64,000 bases of DNA from the NCBI GenBank assembly GCA_934747265.1, contig CAKVGI010000003.1, positions 26,515 to 90,514 of the forward strand, given 5' to 3'. This document shows positions 19,332 through 29,705 of the stretch, piece by piece. Both the position numbers and the translations under genes were made by a program. Source of the DNA: an uncultured Rickettsiales bacterium. Its GTDB lineage: Bacteria > Pseudomonadota > Alphaproteobacteria > Rickettsiales > UBA1997. The notes under the pieces were generated by a model, which had not been told where the DNA came from, made no database searches, and worked only from the letters and a program-made list of their open reading frames with translations. Positions within the stretch are counted from its first letter, which is position 1, and each line of letters starts with the position of its first letter.

Positions 19332-21623
19332 ATGTTTAGAAAAAAGGTTTTAATTGCTTGCTATTCAAAATCCTCAATGGACAGAATAAAAATTATATTA
19401 AAAGAATATAGTTTAAAATCAGAAGTAATTGAAAATTTTGATGGTTTAAAAAAAATAGATTTTGATACAATTGCAGTTGCGAATATTATAATTAAAAATG
19501 GTTTTGAAAGCGAAGACTTAATTATAATAACCGAACAAGATTTATTTGGTGAAAAAATTATCAAACTTGATGATAATGATAGCGGTAGGGAATTAGAAAA
19601 AATAATAAAAGAACAAAATAATATCAATATTGGTGATTTAGTTATACATAAAGATTATGGGCTCGGAAGATTTATTGGATTAGAAACGATTGACACAAGC
19701 AATTTAAAAAATGATTATTTAAAAATTGAATATGCAAATAATTCTCATTTATTTATACCGATAGAAGATTTTGACTTAGTGTCTAAATATGCTGATTATA
19801 ATAGTGATATTATTTTAGATAGACTTGGTTCTGAAAAATGGGCATTAAAGAAAAATAAAATTAGGGAAAAATTAGAAAGTATAGCAAAAGAACTTATTAA
19901 AATTGCGTCTTTTAGAAAATTATCAAAAGCTCCAATTTTGGTACCAAACGAAAATGAATATAGGGAATTTTGTGCCAGATTTGAATATACCGAAACAAAA
20001 GACCAATTAAAAGCAATAAAAGATATTGAAAAAGATTTAGCAAAAGGAGTACCTGCTGATAGGCTTATTTGTGGTGATGTTGGATTTGGAAAAACAGAAG
20101 TAGCTTTAAGAGCTGGATTTATTGCATCAAATAGTAATGGAAATGCAGTTCAAGTTGCTGTAATATCACCAACAACTTTATTATGTAGACAGCATTATAA
20201 TCTTTTTAAGGAAAGATTTAGATATACAGGCATAAATGTTGCAATGATTTCTAGATTAACAAAGGCAACCGAAAATAAAAAAACAAAAGAAAAATTGGAA
20301 AATGGTGGTGTTGATATAGTTGTTGGAACGCATGCTTTACTATCAGATAAAGTAAAATTCAAAAATTTAGGACTTTTAATTATAGACGAAGAACAAAGAT
20401 TTGGTGTTAAACAAAAAGAAAAGTTAAAAGAAATAAGTAGCGGAGTACATTTAATTTCTTTATCTGCAACACCAATACCTAGAACATTACAAATGGCGAT
20501 GACTGGTATAAGGGATTTAAGTTTAATTACAACACCACCAGTTGATAGATTAAATATCAATACATATGTGATGGATTTTGATGAAATGGTGTTAAGAGAA
20601 GCTATAAATAGAGAATTGAACAGAAAGGGTAAAGTCATAATTGTTGTTCCTAGAATTTCTGATATAGCACAAATAGAAATGAAACTTGCTAACACTCTAA
20701 GAAATGTTAAGTATAATATTGCTCACGGACAAATGAGTAGTAATAATTTAGATAGAATAATTAATGATTTTTATGATGGACAATTTCAAATACTTATAGC
20801 TACAACAATTATTGAGAGTGGTCTTGATATTCCAAATGCCAATACAATAATAATATATAGAGCTGATAGGTTTGGATTATCGCAATTACATCAGTTAAGA
20901 GGTAGAGTTGGAAGAGGGAAGGAAAAAGCTTATGCTTACCTGACAACCAATCCAACGGATACAATTAGTATTAATGCAAAAAAGAGATTAAGATCAATAG
21001 AAAATGTACAAGAGGTTGGGGGTGGTTTTGCGATAGCTAGTGATGATATGGAAATTAGAGGTAGTGGAAATATTGTTGGGGAAGAACAGTCTGGACATAT
21101 TAAAGAAGTTGGCGTAGAATTATACAATCAAATGTTAGTAGAGGCGGTGAATAAAATTAAAAATAAAGAGACTTTAAATTTGCAAGAGTACGACTTTTCT
21201 ACACAAGTGAAATTAAATATTTCAACAACAATAGATAAAAATTATATTAATGATATTGCATTAAGGTTAAGTTATTATAAGAAATTATCAGATATTAAAA
21301 CAGAAGAGGAAAAAAATAAAATTTTGCAAGAATTAGAAAATAGATTCGGTAAAATACCAGAAGAAATTTACAATATTTTGGAAATAACTAAAATTAAACT
21401 TTTATGTAAGAAAATTGGTATAGTAAGTTTGGAGATGAATGATAATATTATGAATATTAAATTCTTTAATGATAAGTTTAGTAATCCAGATTATTTAATA
21501 AAATTAATGCAGGAAGGAAAAGCTCAAATGAAAAAACAAAATATATTGAGTTTTTATATTAGAAAAATTGCCTTTTTTGATGATATTAATGGTGTTCTAA
21601 ATGATTTATGCCAACATCTATAA
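19332..21623 (+). CDS. mfd: Transcription-repair coupling factor, N-terminally short form
   Basis: 763 aa. The RNAP-interaction motif GDLVIHKDYGLGRF already appears at about residue 100. Also present are SF2 translocase motifs GDVGFGKTEVA, DEEQRFGV, SATPIPRT and QLRGRVGRG, and a C-terminal D7-like region. Confidence 0.88.
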   Translation: MFRKKVLIACYSKSSMDRIKIILKEYSLKSEVIENFDGLKKIDFDTIAVANIIIKNGFESEDLIIITEQDLFGEKIIKLDDNDSGRELEKIIKEQNNINIGDLVIHKDYGLGRFIGLETIDTSNLKNDYLKIEYANNSHLFIPIEDFDLVSKYADYNSDIILDRLGSEKWALKKNKIREKLESIAKELIKIASFRKLSKAPILVPNENEYREFCARFEYTETKDQLKAIKDIEKDLAKGVPADRLICGDVGFGKTEVALRAGFIASNSNGNAVQVAVISPTTLLCRQHYNLFKERFRYTGINVAMISRLTKATENKKTKEKLENGGVDIVVGTHALLSDKVKFKNLGLLIIDEEQRFGVKQKEKLKEISSGVHLISLSATPIPRTLQMAMTGIRDLSLITTPPVDRLNINTYVMDFDEMVLREAINRELNRKGKVIIVVPRISDIAQIEMKLANTLRNVKYNIAHGQMSSNNLDRIINDFYDGQFQILIATTIIESGLDIPNANTIIIYRADRFGLSQLHQLRGRVGRGKEKAYAYLTTNPTDTISINAKKRLRSIENVQEVGGGFAIASDDMEIRGSGNIVGEEQSGHIKEVGVELYNQMLVEAVNKIKNKETLNLQEYDFSTQVKLNISTTIDKNYINDIALRLSYYKKLSDIKTEEEKNKILQELENRFGKIPEEIYNILEITKIKLLCKKIGIVSLEMNDNIMNIKFFNDKFSNPDYLIKLMQEGKAQMKKQNILSFYIRKIAFFDDINGVLNDLCQHL

Positions 21624-21682
21624 TATTTTTAGACGTATTATATTAGATAGACTTTTTTATTTTTTAATTAAACAATACTAAT

Positions 21683-21711
21683 TTACCCCTGTTAGATAAT
21701 AACAGGGGTAA
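21683..21711. terminator. Hairpin between the convergent mfd and outer-membrane protein genes
   Basis: Perfect 12-bp stem TTACCCCTGTTA / TAACAGGGGTAA with a 5-nt loop. It is the only GC-containing element in the convergent gap. Flanking T-runs are weak. Confidence 0.6.
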
Positions 21712-21749
21712 AGATAAGTTTTAAATTATTTAACGGTAAAAAAGTTTAC

Positions 21750-22919
21750 TTAAAATTCCCATCTTCCACCAATTGTAGCGCCTAAATCCTTATAATCTGA
21801 ATTAAATTGATAAGTACCATCTACATATAGTGAGAACATTTTATTAAATTTAGCATCAAATCCAATACCTAATTCAAGTCTGCCACCTTTATTCTTGATT
21901 TTATCTCTTAAAGTATCGGAGGTTAATTTTACTTGTGAATTTGTTTCATATAAGTAATTTACTTTTCCATAGAATTGGGTTTTTAATGAATTTTCGTCTT
22001 CTAAATTCATAAATCTCTTTCCAAACATAAATCCACCAGAGAAAGTATAAGTATTATTGTCTCTAATTTTGATTGATGTATTGTTTATATTAACCTTATC
22101 GGCACCTATATGAAATACATCAAATTTAATTTTTGGAATAAAGAAATATTCACCATAACAACTATTGCTTGCTACTTCTGGTTTGAAATTAATAAAATCA
22201 TCCAAAGCTTTTACGCTTGATTTTGCAATCTTATTTCCTTGATTATTATCTTTTACTCTAATTAATTTGTAAGCTAAAGATCTTTCAATTTCTTTTGTTC
22301 CATTGCCAAAAACTAACTCTCTACCAAGTTCTAAGCTTGCTGTTGTAGCATTTTGTTTTGATTTATATTTAACATTAAGTGTATCAGCTCTTTGTTCTAT
22401 AATATGTTGTCTAACAACTAAGTCTGCAAAATAACCACCTTTACCTAACCACATACCATATAAACCTAATGATTTAGTTCTCATATCTAAATCACTTTTA
22501 ATTCTTGCTCTATCTGTTGCGGTTGGTGATGATTTTGAAAATTGAGCTAATGCACCAACAAATCCTTTTCTGGATTCACCATTAAATATCATTCTATCAT
22601 AACCAAATTCAAAAACTGGAAGTGTATTTTTTACTTTATTATCGTTTGAACCAGTTCTAGAAATTGTATATCTTCCAATATTTGCTCTTGTCCAGAAAGC
22701 ATTATTTTCGTGATTAATTCCATTTTCTTTATTGTTATATTGCCATAACAATTCGCCAACCCTTGTATACATTGAATCACTTAAAGAATAAATACCTCTT
22801 GAAGTATTAACACCAAGTCCAGCCACATTTTCCATTTCAGTAGCCTGTAAGCCACTTGTCATTGTTGCTGAAATCAATGAAATAGCTAATATATTTTTAA
22901 TTTTACTCTTACTTTTCAT
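21750..22919 (-). CDS. Outer-membrane beta-barrel protein, autotransporter-beta-domain-like
   Basis: Signal peptide (MKSKSKIKNILAISLISATMTSGLQA), alternating beta-strand pattern and a terminal aromatic residue (GGRWEF). The ORF track starts at TTG 22946; the first ATG is 22919. Confidence 0.5.
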   Translation of the reverse strand: MKSKSKIKNILAISLISATMTSGLQATEMENVAGLGVNTSRGIYSLSDSMYTRVGELLWQYNNKENGINHENNAFWTRANIGRYTISRTGSNDNKVKNTLPVFEFGYDRMIFNGESRKGFVGALAQFSKSSPTATDRARIKSDLDMRTKSLGLYGMWLGKGGYFADLVVRQHIIEQRADTLNVKYKSKQNATTASLELGRELVFGNGTKEIERSLAYKLIRVKDNNQGNKIAKSSVKALDDFINFKPEVASNSCYGEYFFIPKIKFDVFHIGADKVNINNTSIKIRDNNTYTFSGGFMFGKRFMNLEDENSLKTQFYGKVNYLYETNSQVKLTSDTLRDKIKNKGGRLELGIGFDAKFNKMFSLYVDGTYQFNSDYKDLGATIGGRWEF

Positions 22920-23016
22920 TTTATTATAAAAATTATTTCTACACAAGATAACTTATAATGCTTTCTTCTAAAAAGTCAATAAAAAATCATAATATATACT
23001 TAAAGTAGTAATATAT

Positions 23017-25350
23017 CTATTCATAATTTTTGATAATAATTTTTAAAGCATCGTTTAAATTGTTAACTGGAATAATATTTAAACCTTCCTTTACGTTATT
23101 TGGAATTTCAGCTAAATCCTTTTTATTTGCTTCTGGAATTACAACTGTTTTTATATTACCCCTTAAAGCAGCTAATAATTTTTCTTTCAAACCACCAATA
23201 GGCATAACTTGTCCCGTTAATGATATTTCACCAGTCATAGCTACATCTTTATTTATTTTCTTACCAGTCATTGATGACAATAAACTTGCCGTAATAGCTA
23301 CACCGGCTGATGGTCCATCCTTAGGCGTTGCACCTTCTGGTACATGCAAATGAAAATCATATTTGTTAAACTCTTTTGCTGTGATATTAAACTTATCAGC
23401 TATTGATCTAACATAGCTAAATGCAGCCTGTGCGGATTCTTTCATGACATCACCAAGTTTTCCGGTAGTAATGAGTTTCCCGTTTCCAGAAAATTTTAAT
23501 GATTCAATATTTAATAAATCACCACCAAAATCAGTATAAGCAAGACCAACCGCTACGCCAACCTTATCGTCTTTTGATACTCTATTGTAATCGAAAATTT
23601 CAACGCCCAAAAATTCTTCTAAATTCTTTATATCAACTTTTACATGCTTTACTCTGTTGTTGGTTATTATCTTTTTTAACGTTTTTCTTATAATTTGAGC
23701 TAATTTTCTTTCTAAATTTCTAACACCAGCTTCAAAAGTATATTTTCTAATTATTTCAATTATAGCTCTATCAGTTATTGAAAATTCTTCTTCTTTTAAC
23801 CCATATTCTTTTAATTCTTTTGGAATTAAATGCTGTTTTGCTATATTTAATTTCTCTTCCTCAGTATAACCAGATATTTTTATAATTTCCATTCTATCTC
23901 GTAAAGGAATAGGGATATTCGATATGTTGTTTGCGGTTGTAATAAACATTACATCCGATAAATCAAAATCAAGATCTAAATAGTGATCTTCAAAATTTTT
24001 ATTTTGTTCAGGATCTAAAACTTCAAGTAAAGCGCTTGCTGGATCTCCTCTAAAATCAGAACCCATTTTGTCAATTTCATCTAATAAAATTAATGGATTA
24101 CTTGTGCCAGCTTTTTTCAATGAATTAATAATTTTACCGGGCATGGAACCAATATAAGTTTTTCTATGTCCTCTTATTTCTGCTTCATCTCTAACACCAC
24201 CCAATGAAACTTTAACGTATTTTCTATTTAAAGCCTCAGCTATTGATTTTGCTAATGATGTCTTACCAACACCAGGCGCGCCAGCTAAGCAAATAATCTG
24301 ACCACTTATTGAATTTTTTCTTTTATAAACAGCTAAAAATTCCAATATTCTTTCTTTTACTTTATCCAATCCATAATGATCTCTATTTAAAATTTGTTCT
24401 GCTTTTTTTAGATCTGTATCGTTCTCAGACTTTATACCCCAAGGTAAACTTAAAACCAAATCAAGATAATTTTTAATAACTTGATATTCACTGGAATATG
24501 GAAGCATTCCATCCATCTTTTTTAATTCTTCAATGCATTTCTGTTTAGCTTCGCTTGATAATTTAACCTTATTAATTTTTTTCTTTAAATCAGAAATTTC
24601 TTTATTATCTTCTCCGTTGGCAAAATCATCGCCAAGTTCTTTCTTAATCATTTTTATTTTTTCATTTAAAAAAATCTTTTTTTGACTTTTTAAAAATTTT
24701 TTCTCTACATTGCTACTTATTTTTTTATCTATGTTAATAAGAGATAATTCAACATCTATAAATTCTATTAATTTCTTGATTTTTTTTAAATCGCTATTTT
24801 CTTCAAGTAATAATTGTCTTTTTTCTAATGATAAAGGTAAAACGGATGAAGAATAAAAAACTATTTCATCTATACTTTTAAAAAACTCTAATGTCATTAA
24901 AATATCATCACTATTTTTTCCAATTAATGGCATAAATTGTTTTAATTTTGATAATAATAGTTGTTTTAAAACCTCGCACTCGTTAGCTTGTTTTTCTGTT
25001 AATTTTTTATCTTCTATTTCTTTTACTTTACATAAAAAATATCTTTCGTTATTTATGATTTCAAGTAGTTCAGCTTTTTGTACACCTTCTATAATAATTC
25101 TTTTTTGATTATTTTCTGCATCTATTTTTTGTAATACTCTACACAAAACACCAATAGTATTTAAATTGTTTAATGTTATATTATTTGAGGCATTATTTTT
25201 CTGTGATACTATAAATATTAAATCTTCGCTTATATTTATATCTTGCAAAATATTTAATGATTTTTCTCTTCCAATCATAACACTAGTAATTGATTTAGGA
25301 AATACAACCAAATCCCTTACTGGCAATAAAAATCTTATACCTTTATCCAT
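23017..25350 (-). CDS. lon: ATP-dependent Lon protease
   Basis: 777 aa with the LON N-domain (LPVRDLVVFP), AAA+ motifs (GAPGVGKTS, LLDEIDK) and the S16 protease motif (PKDGPSAG). Confidence 0.95.
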   Translation of the reverse strand: MDKGIRFLLPVRDLVVFPKSITSVMIGREKSLNILQDINISEDLIFIVSQKNNASNNITLNNLNTIGVLCRVLQKIDAENNQKRIIIEGVQKAELLEIINNERYFLCKVKEIEDKKLTEKQANECEVLKQLLLSKLKQFMPLIGKNSDDILMTLEFFKSIDEIVFYSSSVLPLSLEKRQLLLEENSDLKKIKKLIEFIDVELSLINIDKKISSNVEKKFLKSQKKIFLNEKIKMIKKELGDDFANGEDNKEISDLKKKINKVKLSSEAKQKCIEELKKMDGMLPYSSEYQVIKNYLDLVLSLPWGIKSENDTDLKKAEQILNRDHYGLDKVKERILEFLAVYKRKNSISGQIICLAGAPGVGKTSLAKSIAEALNRKYVKVSLGGVRDEAEIRGHRKTYIGSMPGKIINSLKKAGTSNPLILLDEIDKMGSDFRGDPASALLEVLDPEQNKNFEDHYLDLDFDLSDVMFITTANNISNIPIPLRDRMEIIKISGYTEEEKLNIAKQHLIPKELKEYGLKEEEFSITDRAIIEIIRKYTFEAGVRNLERKLAQIIRKTLKKIITNNRVKHVKVDIKNLEEFLGVEIFDYNRVSKDDKVGVAVGLAYTDFGGDLLNIESLKFSGNGKLITTGKLGDVMKESAQAAFSYVRSIADKFNITAKEFNKYDFHLHVPEGATPKDGPSAGVAITASLLSSMTGKKINKDVAMTGEISLTGQVMPIGGLKEKLLAALRGNIKTVVIPEANKKDLAEIPNNVKEGLNIIPVNNLNDALKIIIKNYE

Positions 25351-25410
25351 TATTATCTTAATCGTTTTACATCCTTCTTATAAATATAGTTAAAAAATAA
25401 CAAAAAACAA

Positions 25411-26160
25411 CTATTTAAATTTATATAATGAATTATTATAGACGCATACAACATCACCACCGCTTCTCAATGTAAATTGTCCTGCAACTTGTTCTATAAC
25501 AAGATATTCATCAACAATTCTAAAATTAACAATAGCCTCATATCCTTGATCATTTACCACAAAAATAGCGGGTATTTCAGCATTTTCATTTCTAAATTCC
25601 ATATATGTGAAAACACCATCATCAAAAACTTTTACAGGAGCAATATTTGGGGTTCCAGCAAACTCATAGTTAAAATTATATTTACTTAAATCAGTCAAGT
25701 CAGGATAATCGTCCCTTTTCTTTTTAACATTAAATTTAACTATATTTTTATCACTGCTACTTGGATAAGTAAATTTTATAAAAAACGGAATATTGTTAGG
25801 ATCAACATTGTCTGGTTGTAAGGCGTCAAGCTCAAAGTAATATATTCTTTTATTAGTAAAAACGGTCATAGTGGTTTGTGGATAATCACCAACTGGTTTT
25901 AAAAATAATTTATTACCCATTACCTGTTGAGCCCAAGGAACTGTATCGCCCATTGTTATTGTTTGTGGAGTTTCGCCTTCTTCAAACTCAATATAAGCTT
26001 GATTATAATAATATCCAACATATCTATAAACATCATTTGGATTATAGACGTAAGTTTGAAATCTTTTTTCTCTACCCAAAGGTCTAGGTAATTGCACTGC
26101 AAATAAACATTGCATTCTGCTTAAAAATATAATACAAAAAATAAATAATATTCTTTTCAT
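25411..26160 (-). CDS. virB9: Type IV secretion system protein VirB9 family
   Basis: 249 aa with a signal peptide. The N-domain pattern is AYIEFEEGETPQTITMGDTVPWAQ...NKLFLKP...MTVFTNKRIYYFEL. The C-domain pattern is VFDDGVFTYMEF...PAIFVVNDQGYEAIVNFR. Confidence 0.8.
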   Translation of the reverse strand: MKRILFIFCIIFLSRMQCLFAVQLPRPLGREKRFQTYVYNPNDVYRYVGYYYNQAYIEFEEGETPQTITMGDTVPWAQQVMGNKLFLKPVGDYPQTTMTVFTNKRIYYFELDALQPDNVDPNNIPFFIKFTYPSSSDKNIVKFNVKKKRDDYPDLTDLSKYNFNYEFAGTPNIAPVKVFDDGVFTYMEFRNENAEIPAIFVVNDQGYEAIVNFRIVDEYLVIEQVAGQFTLRSGGDVVCVYNNSLYKFK

Positions 26161-26163
26161 AAG

Positions 26164-26958
26164 CTACTTTAAATTATAATTTTTATAACTTGTAACAATA
26201 AACTTAATTGGTAAATAATTACCAGTTTTTTTATCAACTTCAACACCAGAAAAATCAAAGGAAATAACCGCTTTTCTCTTTTGTGATACAAGTTTATCAC
26301 CTATTTTTGTGTTAAGAGTATAAAAAATTTCTGCTCTTATTGGCAATAACTTTATGTTAAAATAATCTTTTACCTTGCTAAAAATGCTATCCCTTTGCAC
26401 CCTGATAAATTCAAAAGAGTCAATAACAACGCTAGTCTCAACATTTTTTCCAAAAAAGTAAAAAGGACCATTTGTGTTATTTTTACTCATAAAGTTTCTA
26501 AATTCATTATAAACGTCAACAGAAGAGTTATTTTCAATAATTTTTAATTTTTTATTAAAATCTTTAATATTTGCTGTCTTATAATTATGACTTTCTCTTT
26601 CTTCAACATAATTAATTAATAAATATCTTAATATATCCTCATCAGTTGTTTTTGCATCTTCGGTTTTAGATATATCTTTAACAATCGTTTGATATTTTGA
26701 TAAATCTTTTTCTCTTATTACTATATATATATCCTCTTTTAAAGGTAATAAAGACAAGATTAAATTAACAACATTATAAATAATAAATACAGATAAAACA
26801 AAAGCAAAAATTAATGAAGTCCTATCAACAGATGGTTTGATATAAACAGTATTATACCAACTAAATGCGTCCTTAAAGTAATTTCCACTATCAATAGAAA
26901 ACTTTACGGATTCTTTATATTCATCATTAAAGTTTTTGTAATTGCTTGGTTCTTCCAT
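26164..26958 (-). CDS. virB8: Type IV secretion system protein VirB8 family
   Basis: 264 aa with a short cytoplasmic N-terminus, a single TM (LIFAFVLSVFIIYNVVNLILSLL) and a periplasmic domain containing LRYLLINYVEERESHNY. Its stop lies 3 nt before the virB9 start. Confidence 0.7.
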   Translation of the reverse strand: MEEPSNYKNFNDEYKESVKFSIDSGNYFKDAFSWYNTVYIKPSVDRTSLIFAFVLSVFIIYNVVNLILSLLPLKEDIYIVIREKDLSKYQTIVKDISKTEDAKTTDEDILRYLLINYVEERESHNYKTANIKDFNKKLKIIENNSSVDVYNEFRNFMSKNNTNGPFYFFGKNVETSVVIDSFEFIRVQRDSIFSKVKDYFNIKLLPIRAEIFYTLNTKIGDKLVSQKRKAVISFDFSGVEVDKKTGNYLPIKFIVTSYKNYNLK

Positions 26959-27084
26959 TTAATACTTCTTTTTCTCACATAATAATTGTGCATTTAAAAA
27001 TATAAAATTCAATGTTTTTATAAAAATATATTGCTACTTTATTTTTTTGTAATATTTTTAAGAAATCTATTATCATAGAGAATA

Positions 27085-27816
27085 ATGAAATTTTTAGAAA
27101 CTATTATAAAATTAATTTTTCCACCAAAATGCATACTATGTGAAAAAATAGTAGAGCAAGACAATACATTATGTGAAAAATGTTGGGAAAAAATTAAATT
27201 TATAAAAGAGCCGTTTTGCGATAAATGTTCATCACCACTTGAATATAAAGTATCAGATAAAGTTATTTGTGCTAATTGTATAAAAAATAAACCTCCTTAT
27301 ATAAAATTAAGAAGCGCTGTTGTATATAATTCTTTTAGTTCAAAAATAATATTTAGATTCAAATTTTATGATAAAATTTATTTAAAAAAGTTTATGGCAA
27401 AAACAATGGTTCAGTCAGCATCGGATATTATTGATAAAATAGATGTAATAATTTCGGTTCCGCTACATAAAAAACGATTAATTTTCAGAAAATATAACCA
27501 GTCGTTATTATTGGCCAATGAAATTGGAAAAATTACAAATAAAAAGGTAATTTATAATTTTTTATTAAAAAACAAACATACAATTCCGCAAGCAAAATTA
27601 AATCAGAAAGATAGAATTAAAAACCTAAAAGGTAAATTTTTAATAAATCCAATTTATTTGCAAGAAATAGAAAAATATAAAGATTTAAATTTTGTTTTAA
27701 TAGACGATGTAATAACAACAGGTTCAACAATAACCGAATGCATAAAAACATTAAATAATGCCGGAATTAAGAATGTTTATGTAATAACTTTTGCAAAAAC
27801 TAGTTATAATAAATAA
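27085..27816 (+). CDS. comF: ComF-family phosphoribosyltransferase-domain protein (ComFC-like)
   Basis: 243 aa with N-terminal paired CxxC zinc-finger motifs (CILCEK...CEKCW...CDKC...CANC) and a C-terminal PRT motif VLIDDVITTGST. Confidence 0.8.
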   Translation: MKFLETIIKLIFPPKCILCEKIVEQDNTLCEKCWEKIKFIKEPFCDKCSSPLEYKVSDKVICANCIKNKPPYIKLRSAVVYNSFSSKIIFRFKFYDKIYLKKFMAKTMVQSASDIIDKIDVIISVPLHKKRLIFRKYNQSLLLANEIGKITNKKVIYNFLLKNKHTIPQAKLNQKDRIKNLKGKFLINPIYLQEIEKYKDLNFVLIDDVITTGSTITECIKTLNNAGIKNVYVITFAKTSYNK

Positions 27817-27886
27817 ATATATTGTTGCATTTTTATAATATGGTAATAATATGCAAAATATAATCAATTTTTATTTAAGGAGCTAT

Positions 27887-28831
27887 ATGATTTATAAAAA
27901 TATTTTAGAGTGTATAGGCCATACACCATTGATTGAATTAACTAAGATAAATAAAACAAAAAGTAGAGTTTTTGTAAAAGCAGAGTTTATGAATCCTGCT
28001 GGAAGTATGAAAGATAGACCAGCCTTAAATATGATTGAGGAAGCTGAAAAAAGTGGAGCTTTGAAGAAAGGGCAAACGGTTATGGAGGTAACAAGTGGAA
28101 ATACTGGTATTGGTTTAGCTATGGTTTGTGCCTTTAAAGGATATAAGTTTAAAGTATTAATGTCAGTTGCAAGTAATCCAGAGAGACAAAAGATTTTAAA
28201 AGCTTATGGTGCAGAATTGGTACTTGTACCGCAATGTCCAACAAGTACGCCCGGAATATCAAACGAAGATGATTTTGCAAAAGTAAAAGAATATGGCGAA
28301 GAGTTGGCAAAAGATCCAAATATTTTTTATGTTAGACAATTTACTAATGAAAATAATTCAAAAGCTTACGAAAAAACATTGGCAAAAGAAATTGTAGAAC
28401 AATTAGGAAGAAGTCCTGATTACTTTACCACTGTGGTTGGTACAGCTGGAAATTTTATAGGTACAGCAAGCGGATTAAAAGCTATTAATAAAAATACAAA
28501 ATGCATAGTTGCGGAATCTGATGGTATGGAGATAATAGCAGGAAAAGAAATAAAAAGAAAATCAACAAAATTACAAGGTGCTGCTCATATTTCAGTTCCA
28601 AAATTATGGAAAAAAGAAGTGAATGATGATTGCATTGTTGTTAGCGACGAAGAAGCTAAAATTTGGGCTAATAAATTAGCAAAAGAAGAAGGAATTTTAG
28701 TTGGATATACGTCTGGTGCCAATGTAGCAGCAGCTATGAAACTTGCCGAAAAAGCAAAAGAAGGTAGTTATATTGTTACATTATTGCCAGATAGCGGTTC
28801 AAGATATTTTGGTAGCGATTTATTTGATTAA
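27887..28831 (+). CDS. cysK: Cysteine synthase / PLP-dependent beta-substituting enzyme (CysK/CBS family)
   Basis: GHTPLIEL, the PLP-lysine motif NPAGSMKDRPA, and TSGNTGIGLA. The ORF track starts at 27851; the Met at 27887 (MIYKNIL) fits family N-termini. Confidence 0.85.
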   Translation: MIYKNILECIGHTPLIELTKINKTKSRVFVKAEFMNPAGSMKDRPALNMIEEAEKSGALKKGQTVMEVTSGNTGIGLAMVCAFKGYKFKVLMSVASNPERQKILKAYGAELVLVPQCPTSTPGISNEDDFAKVKEYGEELAKDPNIFYVRQFTNENNSKAYEKTLAKEIVEQLGRSPDYFTTVVGTAGNFIGTASGLKAINKNTKCIVAESDGMEIIAGKEIKRKSTKLQGAAHISVPKLWKKEVNDDCIVVSDEEAKIWANKLAKEEGILVGYTSGANVAAAMKLAEKAKEGSYIVTLLPDSGSRYFGSDLFD

Positions 28832-29012
28832 TAATTGATATTTTGACTTTCTAGCGTATTTATTTTGCTAATACTTGTTAGTAAGTATCTTTTTTATTGC
28901 TTTTATTATTAAGGGTGTAAATTTCTTAATATAAAAATGGGGGGAGCAAGAGATTTTTAGAAAAATAAAATTGATATACAATAAATATAGTATTCTTATT
29001 CTAATAAATAGG

Positions 29013-29705
29013 TTATATATTTAAGGTATTCTGAAATTCTAAAAAATAGCTTTCTCTTCCTTCTTTAATAGCTTTTTCTTGATATCTTGTTTTAATCCAC
29101 CACTCTGGTTCTTTTTTACAATCTTCCAAACTATTAAATAGAGGTTGAAGCTTACCACTTGCGTAGTTAAAAGTCCATTCTACATAATTACTGATATCAC
29201 TAGCAAAAAATAATATTCCACCAATTTTTAATTTTTTTCTAACTAAGTCAATAAATTCTCCATTTATTATTCTTCTTTTATTTTGTTTTTTCTTTGGCCA
29301 AGGATCTGGAAATAAAATAAAAATTTTATCTATGCTATGATCTGGAATTTTTTCCAACAACAATCTAGCGTCGCCGTTGAATATTTTAATATTATTTATT
29401 TTTTCTTTCTCAATTTTGGAAATTATAGATAAAACTCCATTTATATAAGTTTCACAGGCAATGATATTTACTTGTGGATTTAATTTTGCTTGATGTACTG
29501 TATGCTCACCGTACCCAAAACCAATTTCAAAAAATGTAATATTTTTAGTGTTAAAAATATTATTTATTTCTTCCTCTTTTAGCTGATATGAAGGTAAAAT
29601 ATTTTCCAAAACGTTTATTTTATTTTCTGTAAGTTTTCTACTTTTTATTCTTCCGAAACTTCTTATTTTTTGCTGATTATTATCAATTTCCATTATATAC
29701 CCCAT
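29013..29705 (-). CDS. trmB: tRNA (guanine-N7)-methyltransferase
   Basis: 230 aa with the SAM motif FEIGFGYGEH and the FPDPWPKKK motif. Confidence 0.9.
   Translation of the reverse strand: MGYIMEIDNNQQKIRSFGRIKSRKLTENKINVLENILPSYQLKEEEINNIFNTKNITFFEIGFGYGEHTVHQAKLNPQVNIIACETYINGVLSIISKIEKEKINNIKIFNGDARLLLEKIPDHSIDKIFILFPDPWPKKKQNKRRIINGEFIDLVRKKLKIGGILFFASDISNYVEWTFNYASGKLQPLFNSLEDCKKEPEWWIKTRYQEKAIKEGRESYFLEFQNTLNI

Noticed and set aside
28871-28900. The hairpin ATACTT/AAGTAT plus T-run after cysK, considered as an intrinsic terminator.
   Set aside because: It has only a 6-bp all-A/T stem, which is too weak to call with confidence. The nearby G-rich patch (ATGGGGGGAGCAAGAG, about 28937-28952) gives only a 7-codon ORF and no recognisable RNA motif.
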